Shown here: one piece after another, positions 24,759-38,644 of the stretch | Layout: each line of letters starts with the position of its first letter | Numbering within the stretch: the stretch's first letter is position 1 | Assembly: GCA_973895155.1 (NCBI GenBank) | Contig: OZ316899.1 | Coordinates: 2,379,573 to 2,443,572 of the forward strand | Direction of reading: 5' to 3' | Length of the DNA: 64,000 nucleotides | From: Marsupella aquatica | Lineage: Eukaryota; Plantae; Marchantiophyta | Made by a program: the position numbers and the translations under genes | Notes under the pieces: generated by a model | Databases searched by the model: none | What the model was told of the DNA's origin: nothing | The model's input: the letters and a program-made list of their open reading frames with translations, nothing else

Positions 24759-24772
24759 CGTTATCAGCACGA
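24759..24772 (+). promoter_or_regulatory. Primer binding site CGTTATCAGCACGA (half-tRNA type)
   Basis: Directly after the 5' LTR. No TGG. Complementary to UCGUGCU-IAU-AACG, the recalled tRNA-Ile anticodon arm. Confidence 0.65.
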
Positions 24773-27700
24773 GGCTCCTTGCCTTAATTTTTTTCTCCCT
24801 TTGTTTTTTTACTCAGATTTCATAGATGATTCATGACCACCAAAGAATGGAGGAACAGGGTCATGGACTAAGGAGATCGACCATCTATCAATAGACCACC
24901 TACAGAACCTCCGCGGAGAGACAAGGCACCAAAGGCCAAAATCATAAGTGAATCACAAACAAGTACTTGATTGCAAGAGGACGAGGGCAATTAGAACCAT
25001 CGGGAGAGTAAACGCGAGCCAACACAGAGCTCACCAACTTCAATTTACATAGAAAGAACCACCATACAAAAATATCATCAATCCTACACATTTAGTAGGA
25101 TGTCAATCCCCACAAACCCCATCGAAAAACTCCTATTTCAAGCCCTCAGTATAGACAACGCTAATTACTTATCCTGGACCTTAGACGTAGAAGCACACCT
25201 CGCAGCTAAGGATCTCCAGGACACGATCATAATAGATGCAAGAACAACTTTATAGCAAAAGGCAAAAGCCTTGATACTAATCCGACACCACTTAAGCGAC
25301 TCCGTGAAAAGACAATACTTGAACAAATTCAATCCGTGAGTACTCTGGGAGGAGCTTCAATCCCGCTTTGACCACACTCAAACCATTTACCTGCCAGCTG
25401 CACAACATGACTGGATTAATTTGAGAGTTCAAGATTACAAGATGATTGCAGACTACAATAGCGAGCTATTCAGAATCGTAGCGCAATTGGCAAATTGCGG
25501 TCAGCCAATAAACGACGCGGAGCAAATAAAAAAGACGCTATCTACTCTACACTACGAATACTCCAAACTAATCGCCCACATGCTTCTGGTTGAGAAGCAC
25601 CAACTCCTATTACTACAAAATGCACAGAAGCGACCCCCAGGAACCCTCCCTCCACATACAACTCCAGAAACCAACTATGCAGAACCACAAAGGGGAGAGG
25701 GAACATCTTACCGAGACTGGGGAGGTAGCAGAGGGAGAGGCCCCTACAGGGGCCGAGGAACTAATTCCCAACGCGGCGGAAGAGGAAACTTCTCACGTGG
25801 ATGAGGACGAGGCAGATACCGATATAATGGAGGGAGCTCGAGAAGTACCTGGAAACGAGATAACAACAATCAGCCCCTGACAAAGTTCAACCAAGAGCAA
25901 TACAACCCACAAGATAAAATTGAACACCCTGCTCTCTATTTTTGTTGTGGAACTAAAGGGCACATCCAGAAAACATGTCGAGCCCCTATACACCTAGTGG
26001 CACTCTATAAGAAAAGCATCACAACAAATGAACCCGAAACATATGGAACATTTATGGACTCTACGGAGATCCTGACTGAGATAAATATGATTGGCCACAA
26101 GGAACCCCATAAAAACACCAGTCGACCCTTCCTACTGTATAGTCGACAATGGGACCTCACATTCTATCTTGAAAAATAAAGAATACTTCACTCACATAAC
26201 ACGATGGGCCAACATCAATTGGAGGAAGGATTTGGACTGGCAACGGTGATCCTACCTCAAGGGACACCCATAAAAATACACTCGGCCATTTACGCACCCA
26301 GAGCAACGAGAAACCTGATAAGCTTCGGAGACATAAGAGCCAACAACCTGCATATAGAGACGGGAACCTCAAATGAACGAGAAGTCCTACACATAACGTC
26401 CAAGACACCAACGAACAAGGGAATCTTGGAGACACTAGATGCAACCCCTCCCAAATTTTACGTCACAAACATACAGAGCTTCCAAACCGAAACTCACAAT
26501 AATACTGTTACCAAGATTTGGCACAGGAGGCTCGGCCACCTTGGCCTTAACATGTTTCAGAGGATTATTAAACAAACCAAGGGCATACCAACCACGATAC
26601 ACCCCACATCCATGCAAGAGCCGCGCCTAGCATGCTCACAGGGAAAACTGATAATTTGGCCTTCCCCATCAACAATTGAAAGCCGAATCCCCAACTTTTT
26701 GGAGTGGATACACGCTGGTGTCTGCGGACCCATAGATCCCCCCAGCGGCCCATTTTGTTTCTTCCTAGTAGTCATAGACGCATCTACCAAATGGTCCCAA
26801 ATTTCCCTCCTATCCACACGAAACTTAGTGTTCTCCCGTCTCCTATCTCATATCCTAAAACTGAAAGCACAATTTCCGGATAACCACATTCGGACACTCA
26901 AAGTAGATAACGCAGGGGAATTTACCTCTAAAACTTTCAAAGAATTTTGTACTGCTACAGGAATAGACGTACAGTACCCGGTCCCCCACGTACACTTCCA
27001 GAATGGGACAGCAAAATCCTTGATAAAATGCCTCCAGATAATTGCTAGGCCACTATTAATGCAGTGTAACCTCCCCACAACAGCATGGGGACATGCAATT
27101 CTCCACTCCACCACACTGCTGAGCTATAGACCATCAGCATTTAACTCTAGTTCACCCCACCACCTGGCATTCGGCAATATTCCAAATGTCTCCCACCTGA
27201 GGACGTTCGGTTGCCAAGTAATGGTACCAATCTTGGGCCCCAAGCGAACAAAGATGGGCCCTCAGAGACAACCAGGCATATATACTGGATGTGACTCCAC
27301 ATCAATTATTCGCTACTTGGAACCAACCACATCCGATGTATTCAAAGCACGCTTCGTAGACAGCCATTTCTATGAAGACACCTTCCCGAGATTACATACG
27401 AAACAGTAAATGGATAAAGTGGAATGGCTCGATATAGGTTTATGTAAGAAACTTGTCATTTTTTTGCTTTTTGAACAAGGAATAGTAAGAAAGACGTTTT
27501 AAGTGCTATCGGAGTAACTAGGTTTTAGGAACTTAAGTAGGTAGAATAGGAAAGATAGTGGAATGGAAGGTTACTGAGTTGTAAGCAAGTGACAAGGGAT
27601 AAGAAAGGTCTTTATGATGGGGCATACAACGTTCCGTCCTTATTTAGAATAGGCGACTATTTCGAGTCGGAGAAACAACCCGACACTTGAAGTCTTAGTT

Positions 27701-28619
27701 TTGGTTCAAATTTTTCTCATAGATGCTAGGAGGTCCCTAGAGCACCCCTAAAAAGTTAGATGTCAAAGTGGGGTCTCAACCTAGGTGTTTTGGTGTTTCC
27801 TTGTGTTTTGGTGCGACTTAAATTAACAAAATAGCGGGTCCCGGGAAAAATAGCTGATGAGTAAATTTAGGAGTTCCAAGTTTGGGAGTGGGTGAAATAT
27901 GGTCCACTATATCCTTGGGAACTTGTGGTAGAACTTGGTTATCTTTGGTTGCTTTTTGGGAGCATCTCAAAGTTGAGAAGAATTTTGGAAAACATAACAA
28001 TTAACACTCTTTACCTAATTTTAGAAAATTGGTTATAAAGTTTTGTTTAGATATTAATAAACCAGTACATAGGCCTATGTCCAGAGAATATGTGTATCTA
28101 CTCAGAAGTCATTTTGGACTCATGGGTGATTTTTTGGGGAAATCCAAAACAGCCTGGAAATGCAGTTTTTTCCAGAAAAACCAACATTTTTTCTCTAAGT
28201 GTTGGAATGACGACGCGCAAGCTACGACTCAAGCATGAGGCCGATGAGGAAGTCAAGCACGAGTAGGCTGTCCAAAGGTGCTGCATGTTGCTTGAGGTGC
28301 CAATTGAGCACAAGGGCGGCTGAATTGAAGGAAGGGCGGCTGAATTGAAGGACGGGATGCTTGAATTGAAATGGCTGCTACTGCGAATTGAAGAGCTATA
28401 GCTGCTGAGAAGGAATAGAGCTATGGTTGCAAATTAGGATTGCTGCTAGTTGCGAAATTGACTAGGTTGGCTGTGAGCTATGGCTGGATGTGGGCTGTCG
28501 CTGCTGATGAATTGAAGAGCTACGAGTTATGGCTGCTGAAGAAGTAGCTATTCTGGCTGTTGGAGAATTAGAGCTATGGAGGATTGACATGCTGCTGGAC
28601 AATCCTCTTGTGAACCAAG

Positions 28620-28620
<1 letters not shown>

Positions 28621-28670
<50 letters not shown>
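28621..28670. repeat. (CT)25 microsatellite
   Basis: Read directly. Confidence 0.97.
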
Positions 28671-28672
<2 letters not shown>

Positions 28673-30994
28673 GTAAACATAATTCCCTTCATAAGCACGA
28701 GAGTCTCCCCTGGTGACACCTGGAATCTCCATAAGGGGCATGTAAAGTAAGTGTAATTGGGTTGCCACTTACACCCACTTTACACCAAAAACAGGCCTTG
28801 GGAGAATGGGCATAACTTTGGCTAGGGGTAGCCATTGGGGCCCAATTTTTTTTGTGCTGAGTTAGGGGAAGGTAAGGCACCCCTTGGTGAAGGTGGAAAC
28901 CCAGAAAAAGAATCACTCAAATATATTTTTAGCCGAGGCCATGAGGGGGGTCCCGATAGCTTGCAAACCAAAGTCGGCATAGGGGGAATGAATACCAGAT
29001 TTAGGGGCTGACTATCTTGCATCCATACCACTTTAGTTAGGCTCTAGAGAAGGGTACTTACCTTTGGTCAAGGCTATAAGGTCATAAAGTTAAGAGAAGT
29101 AAAGTATAGGGGATAGTTTACTTAGGGTAGTAAAAGGGTTACAAGTAAAATAAGGCCAACTTTGACTTAGCATAACTTGAGACTCACTCACTCTTTTTGC
29201 GAGATTTCAAGTGGGTTGGAAATATGGTGAGGAGGGCCATAAGTATGAGCAGGTTTGGAGGTCAAAGCATGCAACTCATGTGTGGCATATTCCAGGGCTT
29301 GGAAGAGGCAAAACAGCAAGTAGTAGGGTGGGCTACGAACTATAGAGTTGGACTTTGTGTGTTAGGAGGACTTGGGGGAGGTGCAGTTGGACCCCAGGTT
29401 GAGCTTGGTTGGTGTGGAAGGAGAATAGTATAAGAGGAGGAAGTTTTCCTTTGTTAGGGACTGGGAGTCTCATCTCTTAAGTGGAATCTCTACCTTGCCA
29501 AGGTAGGGCTAAGCTTGAGAAGGGAGAGGTGGTCCATGCTTAGTGTGGAAAATGTGTAGTGAACTTTTGTTGTAAAGGTGATACAATAAAATGAGACTTG
29601 TCAATCTTCATTGTGACCATTAAGTGTGAGTGCATTTGAAGTGTATGAGATCAAGAGAAGAGTCCATGCTATGGTGTAATCTTGGTCTAAGCTCAAAGGG
29701 GATGTGCTAGTACAAAACCAAGGCCAAGGAGGCAAAGTTAAGGTAGAGCACTACTTTGAGACTTAGAAAGGATTATAGCTTGAGGGTGGAAAGTAGTTTG
29801 TTTGGTGTGTGGTGTTAACAAGAAGTAAGAACAAGAGGAAGAGTCCTTAGATAGAGGAGCCTTCTCTAGCTAGTGCTCAAAGGGGATGTGTGGACCCAAA
29901 CCAAGGCCAGGGGGGCAAGGTTGAGGAGTAACACTACTTCGAGGGTCTTGAGGAGACTTAAGCTTGAAGAGGAAAGTACTTTGGGTTCTTGGATGTTTGT
30001 GTGAGAATCTACTCTAAGGTGACAGCTTGGAGTGGAGATCCCCCTCGTTGATCCTTGGAGTAGAGGAGAGGGGAAGGATGTGGTGCGTCCCATGGCTCCT
30101 GTCACGTCATCGGCTGCGGCCTTAACTCAGACTTCAGCTTAGACGGGCACATCCCTCATAAATCTGAGGGTTCGGGCAGGAAGGGAAGCACGTAATGCAC
30201 CTTATTCTCGTAAACTAGCGCTAAGTGCGCATACTGCTAAATATGGACACCTCCTAGGTATGGTTTGTGTTCCGCCGCCGGAACGTACCTTAGTCGATAG
30301 CAAGATCGACCCCGGCTTAAGGGCTTCTAAGCCTTCGTGCTGTCCGCCTTCGATCCAGATTCGATGATACAGGTCCTCAACCCGTGCTCGCAACCACTTA
30401 CCCGCAGGCTGCACCCTGTGCACGTCTCGGGTAGTGCGTTCGGCCTGGCGCTGCCACCCATATACGAGAAACCCACACACATACACGCGCACATGCATAC
30501 AATCTCGATTTACACGAAGGAAAATGATGGGAAAGGATTTTACTACAAAGGGAACATATGCGTACACTTAGTTGACCCGACAGCCCCGGAATGAACAGGT
30601 TCAAGGCCGAGGGTGCACACTACAACGGAGCCCGGCTCCGCACTCACCCGGCGAGCTTAGTCCTACCCCCTCCCCTTGGTACTCTTTCATTCCCAGAGGT
30701 CGGGACTCCCCGCACCTACCGCGGACGCCCAACTCTGCAACTAAAAACCCCCTGCCTCTACCGAGGGGTGCACTAAATACTAAGGGACGAGGGACGGGGT
30801 GTCCTCTCGCCGAAGATTCGCTGACTAAGGTCCTAACTAAGCTGACAGTCAGGCCGGAAAACGGCTATGTCTTATTAGAAGATCCTAATTTACGCAGGCT
30901 GGACAGCAGGGCAGCGCTGCTGTACCTAAGGCAGGTGCCTGTCCCAAGAGCCTGACTAAGCCAGTCCTAATCCTAATCTATTCCTACTCCGCTG

Positions 30995-33616
30995 CTAATG
31001 CCTGGCACGCTTGCCAGAGCCGCCCGAATGGGAGCGGCCATCCCGCTGCCTTCGAAGCCTGTCATTGTCCGCCTTGAGGAGCTGGACCTGGTCCAGCAGA
31101 GATTCGTTCTCTCGCCTCGCCGCGTCCGTCTCCTCTGTTGCCTCCTGACAAGCCTCCTCCAGCTGTTGGGCGTCACTTGTCAGTTTACCCGCCAGCTGGT
31201 CCTGCTTCTCGGCCTCGGTTTGGAGCCGCGCCACCTCGGCCTGCAGCGTGGCTATCTCCGCCGTGTCCCGTTGGGCTCGTTCCTCGGCCTCCTCCAGGTC
31301 TTTCTGCCAGGTGACAATTTGATTCTTCAAACTGTCAATCTGGTTCCGGAGTCGTGTAATCTCGGCCTCGTTCCCAGCTTTGGCCTGTTCGGCTAGGGCG
31401 GTAAGAGTGTGCGCCTTTGCTAACAACTCATCGGCGGCTGCAACCTTGGGTCGTAGTTGCAGAAGCTCAGCCTCTTGAGCCGCAACTTCGTTCTTTAGGT
31501 ACACGGACTCCACCCGGTACCGCTCTATCCTCTGAAGGGCCTCTGACTGGGCCGACCTGCCTTTACTGCGGCAACCAACTCCTGATTGAAGAAACAGGCT
31601 ACCTTTCGGGCCATGAACTCCCCGGTATCCCGGGCAATTTGATGAGAAAAATCTCCCAGAAGCCCGTTCAGAAATGTACCCGGTACGAAGAGTTCCGGGT
31701 GGTCCAGGTTGTGCCTGTCCGGAGTTGGGCACGGGCAGACATCAACACGCGCGGGGGCCGGGGCAGTGACGTCCAGCCCTGGGGACGTAACGTTGGAAGG
31801 GGCTGGAGTGTCCTCCTGCAGCAATGTCCGGTTCTCCGGAATAGCCACCGGTGGGTCTTTGGGAGACCCTGGCTCGGGTAAGACCTCCGTCGTACCGACT
31901 TCTGTACTTAGCCCGGCCTGTTGGGTCGCATCAACGGTTGCGACGACCGACCCATGCGGTACCTCTTCGGTTACGACTACAGCTACTTGTGGAGGTGGGG
32001 TGGGTGAAGCTTGCGTGTCCGCTGGACTTCGGGCCTCGGGTTGGGGCCGTCTCTCCAAGGCCGAGAAAACCCACCTAGCTGGGACCAGCTTTGTAACGTT
32101 GACACGGGGAAGGGTTCGTCGATCAAACTGGGCGTACCACTCAAGAATGATCTCGATGTGGCTAGCGAAATATGCCTTCTGCCAATGTACAGCGTCTTCC
32201 TTCGCCGCTCCATCTCTTCATGGAATTTCTTAGCGAAGTACGACGCCCACCTCCTAGGTCGATAGTTCTCGACCTGGATAACCTGGGTGGCGGAGATCTC
32301 CCCCCGGGGTTCCATCATGTGGAGGGCGTACCTCTGGAACTCCAGTCACTCAGCTGTCTCGGGGATGAGGCAGGTCTTCATCACAAACCCGTTGTCCACT
32401 GCTCCCTCTGAGGGAAAACTTGAAGATTGGTACTTGGCTCCCTTGCCCCCGGGAGCCCGTGATTTGACTCGATGGTCACCTTCGGGTAACCCGAAGATCA
32501 TCCTGAGCCGTTCTTTTGTGAGGGACATACTCCTTCCCCGCAGCCGAGTATGTTGACGCGCGTCGTCATAATTCCTGACGAACTCCGTCATGTCCTCCCC
32601 GTAGTACCTGCAAGTGTTCCAGGGGAGGGAGGCGAGGTGCTCGAATCCCTGAGTCTTCAGGTACACCGCATGCTTGGGATGGAGGATGTTTTTGTGAACG
32701 TTTTCCCCCATGCGGTGCATCGTCACCTTGGCCATGGCTACCGTGGCCAACGGTAACCCGGATGTAGTGGCGGATTCCTTCCTCTTCTTCCCCGTGACTG
32801 GCTCGGGGAAGGTGACACCTCCCCATCCTCCCGATCGGGCCTGGATAGTGCCACTGCCGTTAGTAACGGGCCTGGGGCGGCCATGGTCACCATGTTGTCT
32901 GCCAGGGCCGCTCCTGGGGTCAAAGCAGGGGGTGGGGACGATATAGTGTCGGCCCCCTGAGCGCTTGTTCCTCTGGGCCGCCTGGTCAAGGGTAGGGTAG
33001 CCTCGTCGTCATCGCTAAGATCCACAGCGTTGATGACGGAGCGTACTTGTGTTGGCTGGGCGATCGGTGGTGGGGTTTGGCTAGGCTGCGGCTGAGGCTG
33101 AAGCTGAGCCTGAGGTTGTATGGATACGGGTACGACTGAGTTGGTCATGTTGGTTGCTGGCCGAGTTCCTATGAAGCTCTGTAGGTGCTGGTAGAAGTTC
33201 TCCGAAGCGAGTGCAGACGACCTTGTCGAACGGATAGTGCTGGACTCGCTGTTGATGATAGCCCGAACCTGAGCAGGGATGTGGTCAAAGTGATGTCGTT
33301 GCAAGTCGATCGTACCCGGGATATTGAAGAGCTCGTCCGGAAGCCGAAGCAATGCTTCCCAGAACCCGATATATTTGTCTCCGTTGAAGAAGTACCCAGA
33401 TACCTCTGCTGGTCGATAAAGCTCGCTCTGAGACGGGTAGTCAAAGTTAAGGATGTAGTGGTGTCGTCCTGCTAGGCGGATGGCTCTCTCGTACTCGCGT
33501 TCGATTTCGTATCGGTGCGGGTTGGCGTGTTTCAATGAGTCGGCCAAGTGCCTTCCGGTAGATAGGAACTGCGTCCAGAATCGAATGGCTGAGCTGGAGA
33601 GGATCGTGTGCGACAT
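30995..33616 (-). pseudogene. Family B LTR-encoded ORF set (orphan N-terminal domain, PMD/Transposase_32-like domain, coiled coil), frameshifted
   Basis: ORFs 32738-33616, 32346-32750 (LASLPW...EFVRNY...LTKERLRMIFGLPEG), 31983-32318, 31525-32058 and 30995-31732 (coiled coil). Confidence 0.7.
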
Positions 33617-33715
33617 TCAGAGGAGATAGTAGTGGCGACTTAGAGCGAACGAGAGAGCTAGGGTCGAAGCTGGCGTGTGGACTGATGGACTGGTGCACTA
33701 CAAAGGGTTGGCTCC

Positions 33716-33726
33716 CCTTTTATACC
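33716..33726 (-). promoter_or_regulatory. Putative LTR TATA box (GGTATAAAAGG)
   Basis: Conserved at 59747-59757 in family C at the same distance (~360 bp) from the LTR start, ~100 bp upstream of the first ATG. Confidence 0.55.
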
Positions 33727-34984
33727 TTGAGGGCTTGTCGATCCCCCGACGTCCCCTCGACGCCCATAGGCTAAACCGCTCACGCTTGTGGTGTGCCGGC
33801 CACTCCGCCGGTCTGAGTCAGCGCATGTCAGTGGCCGCTTCCTTAAGTTTGTTATACGGACCCGAGGGAGGGGCCCCTCCACGCTCGTAACCCAGGTGTG
33901 CAAATAGCGACCAGCCGCCAGTCCAAACCTGAATTCCCCCTTATTGCCTAATGATATCCTACCCATAATGATTACCTAAATACTGTCGTTATGCTAATAA
34001 TAGCGGCCTAAGACACTCCTAACGCGCGTGCCGAGCGCAGTTAGACCGAATCACTCATTAACCGCCGTACCGGCGGCATCACAGCTCCCTAAACCCAAGA
34101 AACCCCCCCAGCTCAAGCCGATTCCCGCAGGTTTCGCGCTTGGCGAGGCCGTTTCCGCGGCTTAGCGGCATGGGACGCTGCTAACTTCCTTCTACTACTA
34201 CTATTAACATTTTACACACATATACTGGACAGATCCTTCATCGGGTCATGAGATACGTAGCCGGCCTAATCTAGGCCTTCCCTTGTCTTCCCCTCCATCT
34301 TGTTAGGTATGTTTGGATTCCGCCGCCGGAATGATCCCCAATAGGCTTGGTTAAGCCGCTAAGACCTCTCTCAGCTCGACACATCCAACTCTCACTCCCT
34401 TGCTTACTTTCCTTCCTTCTGGTTGATGTGGGCACTCTTCACACAAGTTAATGCGACACACAAATAGCAAAATGACTCCTTCTGACTGAGTCATACCATG
34501 CACTTGCCATACAAACAGTACATCTCATACACAAGCTCTGCGAACTAAGCCGTGAGGCCAACTCTATTCAGCTCTTAGGCATGAGGAAACATGAATATAC
34601 ACAATGTCACGGTATGACTAACCGAGAGCTTCTCTTACTACTTGATCCCAGCCCGGCTGGTGCAAACTAAAAACTTGCTAAAGAAGAGGCCCTGAGCTCC
34701 CCGCTGCCCAGGTATTTATCCTGGTAGTGGATCCACCTAATTCTTTGCAGCGTAAGCCTAATCTACCTAACAGTAATCTACTTGCCCGGATCTACCTATG
34801 TACAGCAAGGCAGGAGCACAAGTGTTGCTCCTGCCAGTGGAACCGCAATTCCACTAAGCTAAGTGTCAGGGCCGCCTCCTGGTCCTGATCCTAATCCTAA
34901 ACTTGGAGATCAGCGCCCGCCCTGCCCACTACGCCTCCTATCTCCACGTCCGCCCTTCCTAAAAGGAACGGCGCCCTTGCACCA

Positions 34985-37900
34985 TCACGACACCGGTGGT
35001 GGATCCTCAATGGACGCCCCCAACGCTTCCTCCTCAGCCACTGTCATAGGTTCGTTCTCTGACAGATTACCTGCCCTTGACTGAGTCAACTCTCCATCGG
35101 CCTGACTGGGTCTACCATCGGCATCGGCGTCGGCTCGGGAATCATTCTTGGCTACGGCCTCAGCCTCGGCCATGGTCTCCCCAGCCTGCTCAAGAGGCGG
35201 ATCTGGGATACCGGCCTCATTATTGAGTAGTTCGGCTTGGGCCGCGTCATCCCCACCTTTGGTGATAGCGGAATCTATTGCCGTGTTCATGCCGGAGGTT
35301 GGTGCTGGGTCTACCTCCTTGGTCACCACGGCCAGCGGAGTCGTATTACTCTTTGACCCTGAAGGTTTCCGCTTCTTCTTCTTTTCTGGTTCGGCAGCTG
35401 GTCCCTTCCCCTTCCCACTTACTTCCAGCACTGGTGCAGGTGGCGCGGCTTGTTCTTCGGCCAGTACCACTCCTAGTAACTTGGTTGCCCCAATTGGAGT
35501 TGGGCCTGATGAAGACAAGCACTTAAATACTGCGGCTTGTTTCTTCAGCCGCTCTGTTTGGTTGTCGGCCCGCCGCTGTAGGTTCTCTATCTTCCTCGTG
35601 ATTTCCTCCAACTCCTCCTGCACCTCGTCCAGGTCCTTGCGCGCCTCCTCTAGTTCCTTCTGGGCTTCCTCCCGTTCCCTGTGGGCTTCCTCCAGTTCTT
35701 TCTTCAAGGTAGCCCTCTCCTCCCGGGTTGCTCTTAGCTCCTTGTCGAGCTCTGCAATGATGACAGACTCCATCTGGTTCATCTTGGCGTAAGTCTGATC
35801 GAGCATCTCGTCCTTCTCCCGTAGGTCGGCCTTGAAGCTGGTCGTCAGGGACGCAAGCTCCTGCTGCAGGGCCATAATCCCTTGATAGGATTTCCCTAAC
35901 TCGGCCTCCTTCTGCTCAAGGGCTCCGCGGATTTTCTCGAGCTCCCCCTTCAACACCCATTCCTTTCTTTGGGTCTCCGCCATGGCCCGGTTGTTGGCTG
36001 TTATGTGGGCCTCCTCTGCATTCCTCAGCTCTCGCTTCCATTTCTCCCTGTCCTTGATTGCGTCGGCCAACTCTCATTGGGTCCGCGTCAGTAGATTCTC
36101 GATCATCCGATTATCAGATTGTGCGGTATCCAACTGGCCCTGCATGATATTTAGCTCATGCCGCTTAATCCGCAGCTCATCTTGGGCTTTCTTGGCCACC
36201 CTCAGGTCCTTGATTTTGGCTTCCCTTTCCCTAAGCCAACGGATGACCTCGTCCTTCTTGCTTCTTTCCAAGGCCACCGCTTCTTCTAATTGGCGCTTCT
36301 CCAACATCTCCCTCTGGAAAAAGGGTCCCTGCTCCAACTCCTCCCCAAAGATGCTGAGCGCCAGTTCTCCACACATCTCCCCGTACTCCATGGCTCTATC
36401 TTTAGCATAGGTGGAGGAAGTAGAAGTCATCGGCATCATCCACCGTGGCCTCTGCTCCCAAGCCGTCTTGCGGATCTCTTCAATTGTGGCTAGAGGTTTG
36501 CTTCCTTTTTCGGCTAGCCGCCTGATGTCCTCCGGCCAATCTCCTCCTGGCAAATCCTTTTCCCTAGCCAGGGCTTCCTTCTCTTCCTGCCTGATTCGCT
36601 CCTGAAATTCCTGCGCCGTCTGTTTTATGCCGTCAAAGCTCGGGGGAGCAACATCTGGTGGGGGAGACTCAGGGCTACTCTGCTGGTTGGGGTCCCCCCA
36701 TACTACCCTTGGAAGTGTGGGGATAAACCGGCCACAGGTCCTTACTCCTGGAACGTGATGGTCCGACCCATAGTCGGAGTTATCATGGCTGCAGTCCTCC
36801 ACTACCTCCTCTACTTCTTGGACTTCCGGCTTCTCCCTCTCCTCTTCGTCGGTAGGAGCTTCAGGCAATTCTGCCTCAGATTCAGAGCTTGAGACTCCCA
36901 TGTATATTCGAACACCCGGCTTGGATTCTGGCCTGATTCTCTCCTTGTCTCCAGTAAAGGGGTTTTCCCTTGTAAGCCGGTGTAGGCCTACCTCTGGAGC
37001 AGTGTCCTGCATTGTTGCCGTTGCCGTTGTTGTTGCCGATGCCGATCTCTTTTCTTTCTCCAGTAGTTTCAGCAGATTCTGCATGCCTGGTTGCTGCATC
37101 GGCAAGTCCTCCATCCTTGGCCTAAACACCTGCTCAATCGTAGGGCTAACAGGTGGTTGAGGCTTCTCTGCTACCGGCCTCGGTGCTGGAGCTTCCTCGG
37201 GTGTCCTTACCTGCAGGGGAAGTACTGGGGCAAAGGTCTGACCTCTGGCATACCGGCACAACAGTGGCATGTGATAGCCAAGCCGCGACATGCTCCCCAT
37301 GCCAATTACCTGCTGCTCCTCCTTTAAGATCTTCTTCAATTGGTTGAGGAGGTACCCGTTGTAGTCCCGTCTTGGGTCTGGCCTCTCTGCCAGATAGACC
37401 TGTGCCTTGCCGATCTCTGCCCTTGGCAAGTTTTAGTGCATTGTCACCCGCAAGAAGTCGATCATCTCTCCTATGTGTGGGTTGGTGCAGGTGTTCCGGA
37501 AGAAGCCATTCTTCGTTGATGGCCCGGGGAACGACCGGAACTCCTTGTCAAGCAAGGTCTTCCTGGTATCAACTTTGGTCTTATTGTCTATCGGCAAGCC
37601 AAACACTTCGGCAATCACCTTGGGAGTAAGATAGAAATCCTTCCCATATATCCTCGTGCAATTGGTCTCGGGTTCCCATGACCCCACGAATTCTAATAGG
37701 TCTGAATCGGGTACCTCCGGCTTCAGCCATGGTAATCTTACAAAGGCCTCTAAGCCGGATCCGGCCATGAAGCCTTGGTACTTCTTGGTCTGCATGGCCG
37801 TAAAGCATGCATCCTCCTCCCGTGCAAAATGTAGTTGCACCTCCACCGGTAGGGTTGCCGCCCAGCCTTTCCAGGTGTCATCCCTGGTTGGAATGGCATT

Positions 37901-38644
37901 GATGGGATCGACCTCCTCTTCGGCTTCTCCCTGCCTCCTGCTCTGCTGCTCGGCTGGCTTCTTTGGTGCTGCCGACCTCGTTCTTTTTGCCGGGGTGGCT
38001 TCATCGTTGACGGCTTCCTTCCTCTTCATCTCTACTGCCGTGGAGGTTTCTCCTAGCACCGTTGCCGGGGTCCACCTTTTCGTGCTACCCTTCAATTCCC
38101 AATGTATGTCGTTGCAGTTCTTGATGGCCTCTCAAATGCCGATGATTCTATCTTTACAAAACAGAAGATCGTCGAGCTGATTGGAAGTAGGAGTCCACAA
38201 GAACTCGACGTTGATGAGTTTGCCTCCTAAGAAAGCCGTCTTCTGCAGCTCCCACAATCGAGCGAGCTCCTGCCGTTCTCGAGCTGCCCTTTCTGATTCC
38301 TCGTCCTCGTAAGTCTTGATGTACTCAGTTGCCCGTTCGAACAGGCATCCCCAGAAATGTGCCGCTTGATTGACGTTGCTCATACCCTCCTTAGGTCGAT
38401 CGTCGGTATCTACTCTCTCCCCGAGTGCTTGCCTAAGCAGCTGACAGTAGTTGGCCTCCCGTAGTCGTCTGCCTAGTTCGTGCTCGCAAATGAGCCACCA
38501 TCTCCTGCAAGCGCTCCTTACCCCTCTCCTCTTCCGGTCCTTCCTCCCGTTGATCCTTCCTAGCCGCCGATGCTTAATGCGCCCTAACCCTAATCGAGTT
38601 TTCACCCCCAGCGTCCTTACCTCCGGCCTCGGCCCGGGTTCCAT
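34985..38644 (-). pseudogene. Family A LTR-encoded protein, copy 2 (three in-frame stops)
   Basis: ORFs 38132-38644, 37433-38095, 36074-37429 and 34985-36070 are colinear with copy 1. Confidence 0.85.

Larger units (their letters stand above)
30100..34083 (-). mobile_element. Giant solo LTR family B (3984 bp)
   Basis: TGTCA...TCACA ends. TSD GCTCC at 30095-30099 and 34084-34088. Empty site (single GCTCC) seen in A1 at 6632-6636. Confidence 0.9.

Noticed and set aside
28462-28750. ERERER / SLSLSL ORFs
   Set aside because: Products of the (CT)25 microsatellite.
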